A stretch of DNA of 64,000 bases from contig JBFMAT010000003.1 of assembly GCA_040755495.1 (NCBI GenBank), positions 59,492-123,491 on the forward strand, read 5' to 3'. The position numbers were made by a program, and so were the translations under genes. Origin of the DNA: Chloroflexota bacterium. Its GTDB lineage: Bacteria > Chloroflexota > Limnocylindria > Limnocylindrales > CSP1-4. Of this stretch, positions 1 to 8,233 are shown piece after piece. The notes under the pieces are model-generated. The model was not told the origin of the DNA and made no database searches. It saw only the letters and a list, made by a program, of their open reading frames with translations. Positions within the stretch are counted from its first letter, which is position 1. Each line of letters begins with the position of its first letter.

Positions 1-1084
1 CCTCGCTGATCCGGTCGGCGAGGCGCTGGATGGGGGCCTTGGAGCCCTGGGCGCGCTGGACCAGGTCCACGATTCTCGCCAGGGCGGTGTCGCGGCCCAC
101 GTGCGTGGCGCGCATCACGAACGAGCCGGTGGTGTTGATGGTGGCGCCGATGACCTCGTCGCCGCTCGCCTTGGTGGCCGGGATGGGCTCGCCGGTGAGC
201 ATCGACTCGTCCACCGCGGACGTCCCCTCGACCACGACGCCATCGACCGGGACCTTGTCGCCCGGCCGGACGCGGAGCAGGTCGCCGGGCACGACGATCG
301 CGAGGTCCACGTCCTCCTCGACGCCGTTGCGCAGCCGTCGAGCGGTCGTCGCCTGGAGCCCGACCAGCCGCCGGATCGCGCCGGTGGTGCGGCCCTTGGC
401 GCGGGCCTCGAGCCAGCGGCCCAGCAGGATCAGGCCGATGATGATCGCCGCCGAATCGAAGTAGGTCTCGGGGTGGAGCCCCGCCTCGTGGACGAACTCC
501 GGCCACATCGTCACGAACACGGAGTACGCCCAGGCCGCGCTCGTGCCCAGGGCGACCAGCGTGTCCATCGTGGCCCCACCGTGGCGGCCCGCCCGCCAAG
601 CCGCGCGGTAGAACCGGCCACCCGCCCAGAACTGGATGAACGTCGCCGGCCACAGGATCAGCTTGTTGAGGTCCTCCATCGCGATCGCGGTCTGGGGCGT
701 GAACATGGCGACCATGAACACGAGCGCGGCGGCGATCGAGACCCCGGCCTGGAACAGCGTCTGGCGCTGGGCGCGTGCGTGCTCGATGTCGTCGGCGCTG
801 ATCTCGGCCTCGAGCGAGGCGGCGACCGCGCCCTCGGCCACGGGGGCCTCGGCCCTGACCTCGTAGCCGGCCGCCTCCACGGCCTTGACCAGCTCGTCGC
901 GGCCGGCGAGCCCGGGGTCCACGAGGACCGTGGCCCGCTCGGTTGCCAGGTTGACGGACGCCTGCTCGACGCCCGGGGTCCTGCTGAGGAAGCGCTCGAT
1001 GCGGTTGACGCACGAGGCGCAGGTCATGCCCTCGATGGGCAGGACGATCTCGATGGGGCGCGAGGACTCGGTGAGGGTCGTCAT
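1..1084 (-). CDS. copA: Heavy-metal (Cu+-type) P1B-type ATPase, N-terminal ~361 aa; the gene runs off the left edge of the window
   Basis: Not in the ORF track because it is edge-truncated. My reverse-complement translation from the ATG at 1084-1082 gives [55 protein letters not shown] (HMA domain with GMTCxxC), then TM segments, then [39 protein letters not shown]...[18 protein letters not shown] (actuator domain with the TGEP motif). Confidence 0.85.
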   Translation of the reverse strand, partial: MTTLTESSRPIEIVLPIEGMTCASCVNRIERFLSRTPGVEQASVNLATERATVLVDPGLAGRDELVKAVEAAGYEVRAEAPVAEGAVAASLEAEISADDIEHARAQRQTLFQAGVSIAAALVFMVAMFTPQTAIAMEDLNKLILWPATFIQFWAGGRFYRAAWRAGRHGGATMDTLVALGTSAAWAYSVFVTMWPEFVHEAGLHPETYFDSAAIIIGLILLGRWLEARAKGRTTGAIRRLVGLQATTARRLRNGVEEDVDLAIVVPGDLLRVRPGDKVPVDGVVVEGTSAVDESMLTGEPIPATKASGDEVIGATINTTGSFVMRATHVGRDTALARIVDLVQRAQGSKAPIQRLADRISE

Positions 1085-1158
1085 ACTGGGGGGGAGTATA
1101 ACAGGCGGTCAAGGCCGGCCCCGCTGGTCCGCTGGTCACGAAGGCGGCGGGCCGGAGG

Positions 1159-2079
1159 TCAGTCCGGCAGCTCCAGCGCGACGCCTCGCAGGCCCCACAG
1201 GAGTGCGACCGCGCTGAGCAGCGCGGTGCCGCCGACGATGGCGAGCGCGGCCAGGAACGCCCGCGGGGCATCGGCCAGGGTCCGCAGCGCCTCGGCGATC
1301 GGCGCCGGGTCGGTGGCCACGGCGACCAGGACGATCCCCCCGATCGCGAGCGCCACGGCCCCGGCCACGCCCCCGAGCAGGATCGTGCCCCCGCCGAGGC
1401 CGGTCCGCCACGACCGGCGCGGCATCCATCCGCTCACCCGGGCGAGTCCGGCCGCGCACAGCGCCGTCCAGGCCAGCGAGATCAGGATCGCGCCGATCAC
1501 GTCGGCCAGCCGGTGCCAGCCGGCGACGACCGTGCTCATCCCGACCGCGCACGTCCCGACCGCGGTGATGAGCGCGGTGAGGCCCCGCAGCCGCCGCGGG
1601 GCGACCAGGGTCGCGACCAGGCCGATCGACGCCACGATGGTCACGGTGCCGCTCGGGAAGCTGTTGCCCCTCGCGTAGGCGAGGGATCCGAGGAGCGCGG
1701 GGCGCTCGACGAGGTCCTTGAGCAGCTGGCTGGTGAGGTTCGCGCCCGCGATCGCGATGGCCGCCGCGACGACGAGGGCCATCCCACCGCGCGCCAGCGC
1801 CAGCGCGCCGAGTCCGGTCGCCGCCGTGACCGCGGCGGCGACGCTCACGTTGGACAGGATCTCAGCCGCGACGCCGGCACCCTGCGGACCAGCCGTCTCC
1901 CGCCCGAACAGCGCGAGATCGGCCAGCCGCTGCCCGGTCTCCGTCTGCGTGGTGGCGACCCAGGCGAGCCCGGCCAGCAGGCCCGAGACGACGCCGACGA
2001 GCGACAGCCTGCCCGCGCTCTGGGCCACCGTCGCGACCGGCGTCCGGACCCCCGTGAAGTCCGGCCGCCGCAGGCGCAT
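1159..2079 (-). CDS. PAP2-superfamily-like polytopic membrane protein
   Basis: ORF 1159..2241; I prefer the internal start MRLRRPDF at 2079. It is multi-TM, with motifs resembling the PAP2 signature (LKDLVERPALL = KxxxxxxRP; SFPSGT; GWHRLADVIG). Confidence 0.55.
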   Translation of the reverse strand: MRLRRPDFTGVRTPVATVAQSAGRLSLVGVVSGLLAGLAWVATTQTETGQRLADLALFGRETAGPQGAGVAAEILSNVSVAAAVTAATGLGALALARGGMALVVAAAIAIAGANLTSQLLKDLVERPALLGSLAYARGNSFPSGTVTIVASIGLVATLVAPRRLRGLTALITAVGTCAVGMSTVVAGWHRLADVIGAILISLAWTALCAAGLARVSGWMPRRSWRTGLGGGTILLGGVAGAVALAIGGIVLVAVATDPAPIAEALRTLADAPRAFLAALAIVGGTALLSAVALLWGLRGVALELPD

Positions 2080-2227
2080 GACGAACCGGCGGGCCACGTG
2101 CGCGTCCCTCCCCGGGGCTGGCGGTGTCTGGCCCCGGATTGTGGCACCGGCCGATCGCGGCGTCCACGCGACCGGGCCGCGCGGTAGGCTTCGCTTCGGC
2201 GTCCGGTGAGCTGCCCAGAGGTGCGCG

Positions 2228-3172
2228 ATGGCCCTCCGCATGCGCCCGTACCGCGGGGGCGACGACTACTGGCGGATGCGTGAGCTCCTGCGTCGCGCGA
2301 TGGTGGCCAACGGCCGGCGCGAGCGGTCATGGCACGTCGCGCGGCTCGACTACTGGTGGTGGTTCGCCAATCCCGATCTCGAGCACCTGGCGCCCGAGGA
2401 CCACGTGTTCCTGTGGGAGACCGAGGGCGGCGAGCTCGTGGCGGCCGTCAACCCCGAGGGCGCCGGGCAGGCCTTCCTGCAGGTCGATCCCTCGCTCCGT
2501 GAGCCCGGGCTCGAGGAGGCGATGGTCGCCGTCGCCGAGGAGCGCCTCGCGGTGGCCGGCGAGGACGGGCGGCGCCGGCTGCGCGTGTACGCCGACGCGG
2601 GGGACGCGGCGCTGGCCGCGATCCTCGAGCGCCGCGGGTTCCGGCGCGTGGCGCGGCCCGACGAGGCGGAGACGCAGCACCGCCGGTCGCTGGACGAGCC
2701 GCTGCCCGAGGCGCCGGCCGTGCCCGGCTACGAGATCCGGCCCATGCGCGACGGCCTGGAGCTGCTGGAGCGGTGCTACGCATCGGGTCTCGCGTTCCAC
2801 GACGACGACATCGCGGTCGCCCGTGCGAACCGCGACGACCCCGCCTGGTACCACCACATCCAGCAGGCGCCGACGTACCGGCGGGACCTGGACATCGTGG
2901 CGGTGGCGGCCGACGGGTTCGTGGCCGCGTTCTGCACGGCCTGGTTCGACGACGTGTCGCGGACCGGGTACCTGGAGCCCGTGGCCACGGTCGCCGCCCA
3001 CCGCCGGCGGGGGCTGGCGCGGGCCGTGATCCTCGAGGCGCTCCACCGGCTGCGGCGGATGGGCTGCCTGGTGGCGTTCGTCGGCGGCTACCCGGAGTCC
3101 GTGAACCGGCTGTACGCCTCGATCATGGGCCCCGAGCACGACCTGTCCGAGCCCTGGGAGCTGGTGCGCTAG
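2228..3172 (+). CDS. GNAT-family N-acetyltransferase (two GNAT-like halves)
   Basis: ORF 2228..3172. The C-terminal half carries an acetyl-CoA-binding-type motif, VATVAAHRRRGLARAVILEALHRL. Its stop overlaps the lysA stop within the palindrome CTAG (3169-3172). Confidence 0.7.
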   Translation: MALRMRPYRGGDDYWRMRELLRRAMVANGRRERSWHVARLDYWWWFANPDLEHLAPEDHVFLWETEGGELVAAVNPEGAGQAFLQVDPSLREPGLEEAMVAVAEERLAVAGEDGRRRLRVYADAGDAALAAILERRGFRRVARPDEAETQHRRSLDEPLPEAPAVPGYEIRPMRDGLELLERCYASGLAFHDDDIAVARANRDDPAWYHHIQQAPTYRRDLDIVAVAADGFVAAFCTAWFDDVSRTGYLEPVATVAAHRRRGLARAVILEALHRLRRMGCLVAFVGGYPESVNRLYASIMGPEHDLSEPWELVR

Positions 3173-4578
3173 GCCCGTCCCGAGGCCCGCCCGGACGCGA
3201 CGGGGTCGTGGGTGGGGTCGTCGGCCTGCCAGTCGAGCCAGGTCTCGGGCTCGATGCGGGGGCGGGCGACCCAGGCCTCGCCGCCGCGGAGCGCGATCTC
3301 GGCCGGCAGCGGGTGCGACAGGAAGAACGGCATCGACTCCGTGGCGCCGTAGGCCCCGACGTCGAGCACGGCCATGAGGTCGCCCGGGTCGGGCAGCGCC
3401 ATCAGCGCCGCCTGGGCGAACACGTCCAGCCCGGAGCACAGGGGGCCGGCGACCGTGACCGGGAACCGCTGGGCGTTTGCGGCGCCTGGCGCGGTGGCCG
3501 TCCCCGTCAGCGCCCGGACGCGGTGCTCCTGCCCGACGAGCGCGGGTCGCAGCAGGTGGTGGATGCCGCCGTCGAGGATGACGACGTGGTGCTCGCCCAC
3601 GCGCTTGCGGTCCACGACCCGGGTGACGTAGGCGCCGGCCGGGCCGACGAGGAAGCGGCCGGGCTCGAGCAGGACGCGGGTCGCCGCGGTGGCCGGATCG
3701 GCGGCCAGGCGTCCGGCGAGCGCCGCCAGCCGGGTGCCCAGGACCCGCAGGTCGAGCGGCTCCTCGTGGGGCTCGTACGGGATGCCGAGCCCACCGCCGG
3801 CGTCCACGAGCCGGAGCGCGAAGCCCGTCGCGGCCGCCAGGTCAAGGGCGGCCTCCACCGTGGCCTCGACGTGCGCGGCGAGCGCGCCGGCGTCGAGCAG
3901 GTTCGACGCCCCGAAGGCGTGGAGACCCAGCGGCTCGAGCCACGGTGAGGCCGCCGCCCAGGCCGCCGCCGCGCGCAGGTCGCCGGCGTCCATGCCGAAC
4001 TTGCCGGCGCCGTCGTCCCCCACCAGGCGCACCCGCTCCAGCCGCGCGGCCTCGGACACGGCCGCCCGGAGCAGGACCGGCTGGCGCCGGCCCCGCCGTT
4101 CCGCGATCCGCGCCAGGCGCCGGAGCTCGCCCGGCGACTCGACGGTCACCACGCGGACGCCCGCCTCGACGGCGCCCTCCAGCTCGTCGTCCCGCTTGCC
4201 CGGGCCCGTGAACACGATCCGCGCGGCGGGGATGCCCGCCCGCAGCGCCTGGCGCAGCTCGCCGCCGGACGCGACGTCGGCGCCCAGCCCCTGCCCCGCG
4301 AGGTGGCGCAGCACGGCGAGGCCCGGGTTGGCCTTGACCGCGTAGGCGAGGTCGAACGACGGCGGCAGCACCGCGCGGAGCGCCGCCACCTGCCCCGACA
4401 CGACGTCCAGGTCGTAGGCGTAGAAGGGCGTGCCGAAGCGCGCCGCGAGCGCCGACGGGTCCTGCCCGCCGAGGCGACCCCGGCGCAGGACCTCGTTGCG
4501 CGCGGGCGGGCGGCCGCGCCGCGCGGGCGGGACCGGCTGGCGGGCGGGCGGCGGTCCGGGCGGGCGGGCCAGGCTCAT
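3169..4578 (-). CDS. lysA: Diaminopimelate decarboxylase
   Basis: 3' portion of track ORF 3169..5718, taken from MSLARPP. Family-typical motifs: FGTPFYAYD, AYAVKANP, GGGLGIPY, EPGRFLVGPAG, CSGLDVF. An ATGA overlap joins it to dapD at 4575-4578. Confidence 0.9.
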   Translation of the reverse strand: MSLARPPGPPPARQPVPPARRGRPPARNEVLRRGRLGGQDPSALAARFGTPFYAYDLDVVSGQVAALRAVLPPSFDLAYAVKANPGLAVLRHLAGQGLGADVASGGELRQALRAGIPAARIVFTGPGKRDDELEGAVEAGVRVVTVESPGELRRLARIAERRGRRQPVLLRAAVSEAARLERVRLVGDDGAGKFGMDAGDLRAAAAWAAASPWLEPLGLHAFGASNLLDAGALAAHVEATVEAALDLAAATGFALRLVDAGGGLGIPYEPHEEPLDLRVLGTRLAALAGRLAADPATAATRVLLEPGRFLVGPAGAYVTRVVDRKRVGEHHVVILDGGIHHLLRPALVGQEHRVRALTGTATAPGAANAQRFPVTVAGPLCSGLDVFAQAALMALPDPGDLMAVLDVGAYGATESMPFFLSHPLPAEIALRGGEAWVARPRIEPETWLDWQADDPTHDPVASGRASGRA

Positions 4579-5456
4579 CGCAGCGCGTCCTCCAGGGCCA
4601 CCCGCGCGGCGGTGCCGGCGTCGCGGTCCTTGACCAGCAGCGCCACCGAGACGGACAGCCCATGCTCCGCGGCGAAGGCCCCGCCGGCCGCCCGGCTGCC
4701 CGGCACCACCACGGCGCCCGGCGGCACGGCGAGCGGCGCGTCGGGCGTCCCGCACAGCACCCGCCCGCGGACCAGGTCGTAGAGCCGCGAGGTGCCGGTG
4801 AGCACGACGCCGGCGCCGATCACGGCCGCCGCCCCGACCAGCACCCCGTCGAGCAGCAGGCTCCCCGCGCCCACGAAGGCGTCGTGCTCCACGATCACCG
4901 GCCGCGCCCCGGGCGGCTCGAGGACGCCGCCGATCGTGACCCCGGCCGCGAGGTGGACCCGCGCCCCCACCTGGGCGCACGAGCCCACCAGGACGTGCGA
5001 GTCCACCATCGCGTCCTCCCCGATCCACGCCCCGACGTTGACGAACGAGGGCGGCATGATCACGACCCCAGGCCCCAGGTACGCCCCGGCCCGGACGCTG
5101 GTGCCGCCCGGGACGATCCGCCACGGGCGGTCCTCGGCGAACGCCGCATCCGCCTCGGCGCCACCGAGGAGCGCCTTCGGGGGCAGGCCCGCCCGGTCGC
5201 GAAACCGGAGCACGCCGCCCACGTCCCAGGCCACGGTGCGCCGGTCGGCGAAGCGGCCGAGGATGGCGGCCTTGACCTCCGGGTCCGCCCGCCAGCCACC
5301 GGGCGCCGCGGGGTCCGGGACGGCGGCGCGGCGGCGGCCGGAATCGAGCTCGTCGAGGATCGAGGCCGTGGCCTCGGCCTCGGGCACCGCAGCGTCCGCG
5401 GCGGCGGCTGCGGCCCCGGCGGCCGCGATCCCGGCGGCCGCGTCGATCGCGGTCAT
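4575..5456 (-). CDS. dapD: Tetrahydrodipicolinate N-succinyltransferase (hexapeptide-repeat left-handed beta-helix)
   Basis: ORF 4575..5456. Typical DapD regions are WRIVPGGTSVRAGAYLGPGVVIMPPSFVNVGAWIGEDAMVDSHVLVGSCAQVG. It sits in a dap gene context. Confidence 0.8.
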   Translation of the reverse strand: MTAIDAAAGIAAAGAAAAAADAAVPEAEATASILDELDSGRRRAAVPDPAAPGGWRADPEVKAAILGRFADRRTVAWDVGGVLRFRDRAGLPPKALLGGAEADAAFAEDRPWRIVPGGTSVRAGAYLGPGVVIMPPSFVNVGAWIGEDAMVDSHVLVGSCAQVGARVHLAAGVTIGGVLEPPGARPVIVEHDAFVGAGSLLLDGVLVGAAAVIGAGVVLTGTSRLYDLVRGRVLCGTPDAPLAVPPGAVVVPGSRAAGGAFAAEHGLSVSVALLVKDRDAGTAARVALEDALR

Positions 5457-6436
5457 GCCGCCGCCTCCGCGGCCGGGGCGACCGATTGCCGCCCGCCGCC
5501 GTCGACGAGGCCCAGGCCGCGCAGCAGTCCGACCAGCCGCTCCCGCGGCGCGTCGGCGAGCGGCAGCAGCGGGGCGCGCAGGTCGTCACGCTCGAGGAGG
5601 CCCATGGCGAGCATCGCGGCCTTCGCGGGCACCGGGTTCGGGGCGCCCTGGAAGTTGGCTCGGAACAGCGGCAGCCAGCGGGCGTGGATCCGGCGCGCCT
5701 CGTCCCAGTCGCCGGCATGGGCGGCGGCCACCAGGGCCGCCATCTCGCCCGGCACCTCGTTGCTCGCGACCGACACCACGCCGTCGCCGCCCATCGCGAG
5801 GACCGCGAGCGTCGCCGCGTCGTCGCCGGCCAGCACCGCCACGTCCCGCGGCCGGTCGCGACAGATCACGGCCAACTGCTCGATGTTGCCGCTCGCCTCC
5901 TTGACCGCCACGATCCGCGGGTGCTCGGCGAGCCGGAGGAAGGTCTCCGCCTCCACGTTGGCGCCCGTCCGCGACGGGACGTTGTAGACGACGACCGGCA
6001 GCCCGCCCTCGTCGGCGATCGCCCGGAAGTGCGCCTCGAGCATCCGCTGGTCGGGGCGGTTGTAGTACGGGGTGACGATGAGGGCAGCGTCGGCGCCCAG
6101 GGCGGCGGCCCGCCGGGTGGCCTCGATCGAGGCCCGGGTGTCGTTGCTGCCCGTGCCGGCGATGACCGGGATCCGGGCCCGGGACGGGCGCTCCGCGACG
6201 GTGGTCACGGCGATCTCGATCAGTCGGTCGCGCTCGTCGGCCGTGAGCGTCGGCGCCTCGCCGGTGGTGCCGACGGGGACGAGCCCGTCGATGCCGGCCA
6301 GGACCTGCCACGCGACCAGGCGGCGGTAGGTGGCCTCGTCGATGCGGCCCCCGGCGTCGAGCGGGGTCACGAGGGCCGTGAACGCGCCGCGCAGGCGCGG
6401 GGTCCGCCGGCGCGAGGCGGGGGCGGGGCGGGTCAT
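5453..6436 (-). CDS. dapA: 4-hydroxy-tetrahydrodipicolinate synthase
   Basis: ORF 5453..6436. Motifs: FTALVTPLD...GIDGLVPVGTTGEAPTLT, YNVPSRTG, VAVKEASGN. Confidence 0.9.
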   Translation of the reverse strand: MTRPAPASRRRTPRLRGAFTALVTPLDAGGRIDEATYRRLVAWQVLAGIDGLVPVGTTGEAPTLTADERDRLIEIAVTTVAERPSRARIPVIAGTGSNDTRASIEATRRAAALGADAALIVTPYYNRPDQRMLEAHFRAIADEGGLPVVVYNVPSRTGANVEAETFLRLAEHPRIVAVKEASGNIEQLAVICRDRPRDVAVLAGDDAATLAVLAMGGDGVVSVASNEVPGEMAALVAAAHAGDWDEARRIHARWLPLFRANFQGAPNPVPAKAAMLAMGLLERDDLRAPLLPLADAPRERLVGLLRGLGLVDGGGRQSVAPAAEAAA

Positions 6437-6460
6437 TCGGGTCTCCTTGCTGGGCGCGGC

Positions 6461-7216
6461 TCAGGCCGCGAGCGGGTCGCTGGCGGTGGCGAGCAGCTCG
6501 TCCACGACGACATCGAATGGATGGATGCCCTCGGCTCGTCGGGCGGCAACGAGCCATCGGGCCGCGGCCAGGGCGCCTTCCGCATACGCGGAGCGTTCGC
6601 GGGCGACGAGCCGCAGCTCGACGAACTCGCCGGCGCCGTCGAACGTGACCAGGTGCGTGCCGGGAGTGGCGCCTGCGCGGATGCCGGCGATCTCGATGGT
6701 CGGATGCCCGCCGTCCGCGTCCGGCCCAAGCGTCCAGCGCGGGTCGACGGCGATGATCCGGTGACCGAGGGCGAGCGCGGTCCCCGACGGCCGGTCGACC
6801 TTGCCGCGTCGGTGCCACTCGACGATCGAGGGCTCGAACCCGCCGACCGCCGCATACCAGCCTGCGGCGGCTTCCACGAGCCGAGCGAACAGCGCCGCCC
6901 CGAGCGAGAGGTTCGGCGCCCGCACGGCGACCGCGCCGTGCTCGCTCAAGAGGGCCTGCGCGCGCGAGTGGTCCGTGTCCCAGCTGGTCGTGGCGAGCAC
7001 GAACCGGCGGTTGCCCGCGGCGAGCGCGTGCCGGAGATTGGGCAAGACGGCGGCGCCCATCGAGGCGTCGATGACCACGTCGGCACGCGGTGCAGGCGTG
7101 CGCGAGCCGTGGAGCGGCGGGCGGCCGACCACCTCGGGCTCCGGCCAGCCGGCCACGCGCGCGGCCGTGGCGATCGCGGATCCGAGCCGGCCGGGGCCGT
7201 AGATCAGGAGCTGCAT
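6461..7216 (-). CDS. dapB: 4-hydroxy-tetrahydrodipicolinate reductase
   Basis: ORF 6461..7234. I prefer the ATG at 7216 (MQLLIYGPGRLG), which is preceded by AGAGGA 7-12 nt upstream. Contains the DapB motif EWHRRGKVDRPSGTA. Confidence 0.85.
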   Translation of the reverse strand: MQLLIYGPGRLGSAIATAARVAGWPEPEVVGRPPLHGSRTPAPRADVVIDASMGAAVLPNLRHALAAGNRRFVLATTSWDTDHSRAQALLSEHGAVAVRAPNLSLGAALFARLVEAAAGWYAAVGGFEPSIVEWHRRGKVDRPSGTALALGHRIIAVDPRWTLGPDADGGHPTIEIAGIRAGATPGTHLVTFDGAGEFVELRLVARERSAYAEGALAAARWLVAARRAEGIHPFDVVVDELLATASDPLAA

Positions 7217-7274
7217 CTTCGTTCGTCCTCTCATGGGGAGTCCCGGACGAGCGGAGGTCCCGAGGAATCACAAA

Positions 7275-7305
7275 GGCCGCGGCACCGTTCGTGGTGTCCG
7301 CGGCC
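7275..7305 (-). terminator. Hairpin GGCCGCGGACACC-acgaac-GGTGCCGCGGCC followed by TTTGTGATT, in the dapB leader (candidate attenuator terminator)
   Basis: Read directly on the minus strand. The stem is 12-13 bp, and a short, weak T-tract follows. It lies between the leader-ORF stop (7357) and the dapB start (7216). Confidence 0.35.
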
Positions 7306-7356
7306 CCTCGGCGCCTCCGGTCCCGGAGGCTCCTCGGTGTCGTCGCTCGCGCGCCG

Positions 7357-7437
7357 TCAGAGCCCCAGGGCCCGAGCCTCCCGGCAGGGCCGCCAGAGCT
7401 TCTTCTTGGAGTCGAAGCTGACGAAACGGTGCGACAT
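7357..7437 (-). CDS. Candidate 26-aa leader peptide MSHRFVSFDSKKKLWRPCREARALGL with three consecutive AAG Lys codons, upstream of dapB
   Basis: In frame with the 3' end of track ORF 7357..8247. The ATG at 7437-7435 lies 9 nt downstream of a TTGCAC-17nt-CAGACT promoter-like pair (7475-7470 / 7452-7447, minus strand). The AAGAAGAAG run is at 7407-7399. Two GC-rich hairpins follow before dapB. Confidence 0.3.
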   Translation of the reverse strand: MSHRFVSFDSKKKLWRPCREARALGL

Positions 7438-7485
7438 GGCTCGCGCAGTCTGCCGGATCGCGGCGAGGCGTGCAACCATTCCCTC

Positions 7486-8064
7486 GTGCCCCGGACGCCC
7501 GACCAGATCGTCACCGCCGTCGCCGACAGCCCGTGGGGTCCGGCGCGGGTCGCGGCCGGGCCGCGGGGCGTGGCGGCCGTGTCCCTGCTCACGCCCGCCG
7601 GCGAGTTCGAGGCGGGGCTCGGCCGGCGCGGGCTGGGCGAGCTCGTGGCGCTCGAGGACGCGCCCCCGGGGCCGGCGCGCGACCTGGCGGCCCTGGCGCG
7701 GGACCTCGTGGCGGCCATGCTCGCGGGCGAGGCGGCACCCCTGGAGACGCTGCCGGTGGACATCGCCGACCGGTCGGCGTGGGATCGGCTCGTCCTCGAG
7801 GCGGTGCACGCGATCCCGCGCGGGCAGGTCGCGAGCTACGGCGAGGTCGCCCGGCGGATCGGGCGGACGGGGGCGGCCCGGGCGGTGGGCGGCGCCGTGG
7901 GGCGCAACCCGGTCGGGCTGCTCGTCCCGTGCCACCGCGTGATCGCGGGCGACGGGACGCTGGGCGGGTACGGCGTCGCCGCCTGGGGCGGCGAGGAGGC
8001 CGCCCTCGACCTCAAGCGCGACCTGCTCGCCCTCGAGGGCGTCGTGGTCCCGCGCCGCCGGTAG
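7486..8064 (+). CDS. ogt: Methylated-DNA--protein-cysteine methyltransferase
   Basis: 3' portion of ORF 7090..8064, starting at the GTG at 7486. Active-site PCHRV within VGRNPVGLLVPCHRVIAGDGTLGGY. Confidence 0.85.
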   Translation: MPRTPDQIVTAVADSPWGPARVAAGPRGVAAVSLLTPAGEFEAGLGRRGLGELVALEDAPPGPARDLAALARDLVAAMLAGEAAPLETLPVDIADRSAWDRLVLEAVHAIPRGQVASYGEVARRIGRTGAARAVGGAVGRNPVGLLVPCHRVIAGDGTLGGYGVAAWGGEEAALDLKRDLLALEGVVVPRRR

Positions 8065-8233
8065 CCACCCGCCGGCCGCACGCCGCGCCGCTCCCCGTTC
8101 CTCCCCGTGGTGAGGCCCGAATCCCGGGCGCCGGCGGCCGTACACTTCGCGCCAGTCACGCGTCCCGGATCGCGCCCCACGATCCTCCTCGACGCGCGCG
8201 GTTCCGGGGAGGTCGGAGGGTCGGGATGCGGCG

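Noticed and set aside
3169-5718. An 849-aa minus-strand ORF, considered as a single gene
   Set aside because: Only the last 470 codons (from MSLARPP at 4578) look like a protein (LysA). The upstream part is Arg/Gly-rich and is out of frame over dapD, which occupies 4575..5456 in another frame.
7235-7356. An L-box (lysine) riboswitch upstream of dapB
   Set aside because: The leader is too short (about 120 nt between the small-ORF stop and dapB). It also lacks the conserved L-box elements (AGAGGUGC...GAAAGGGG...GUCGCCGAAG...CUGUCA). The region is kept only as a leader-peptide/attenuator hypothesis.
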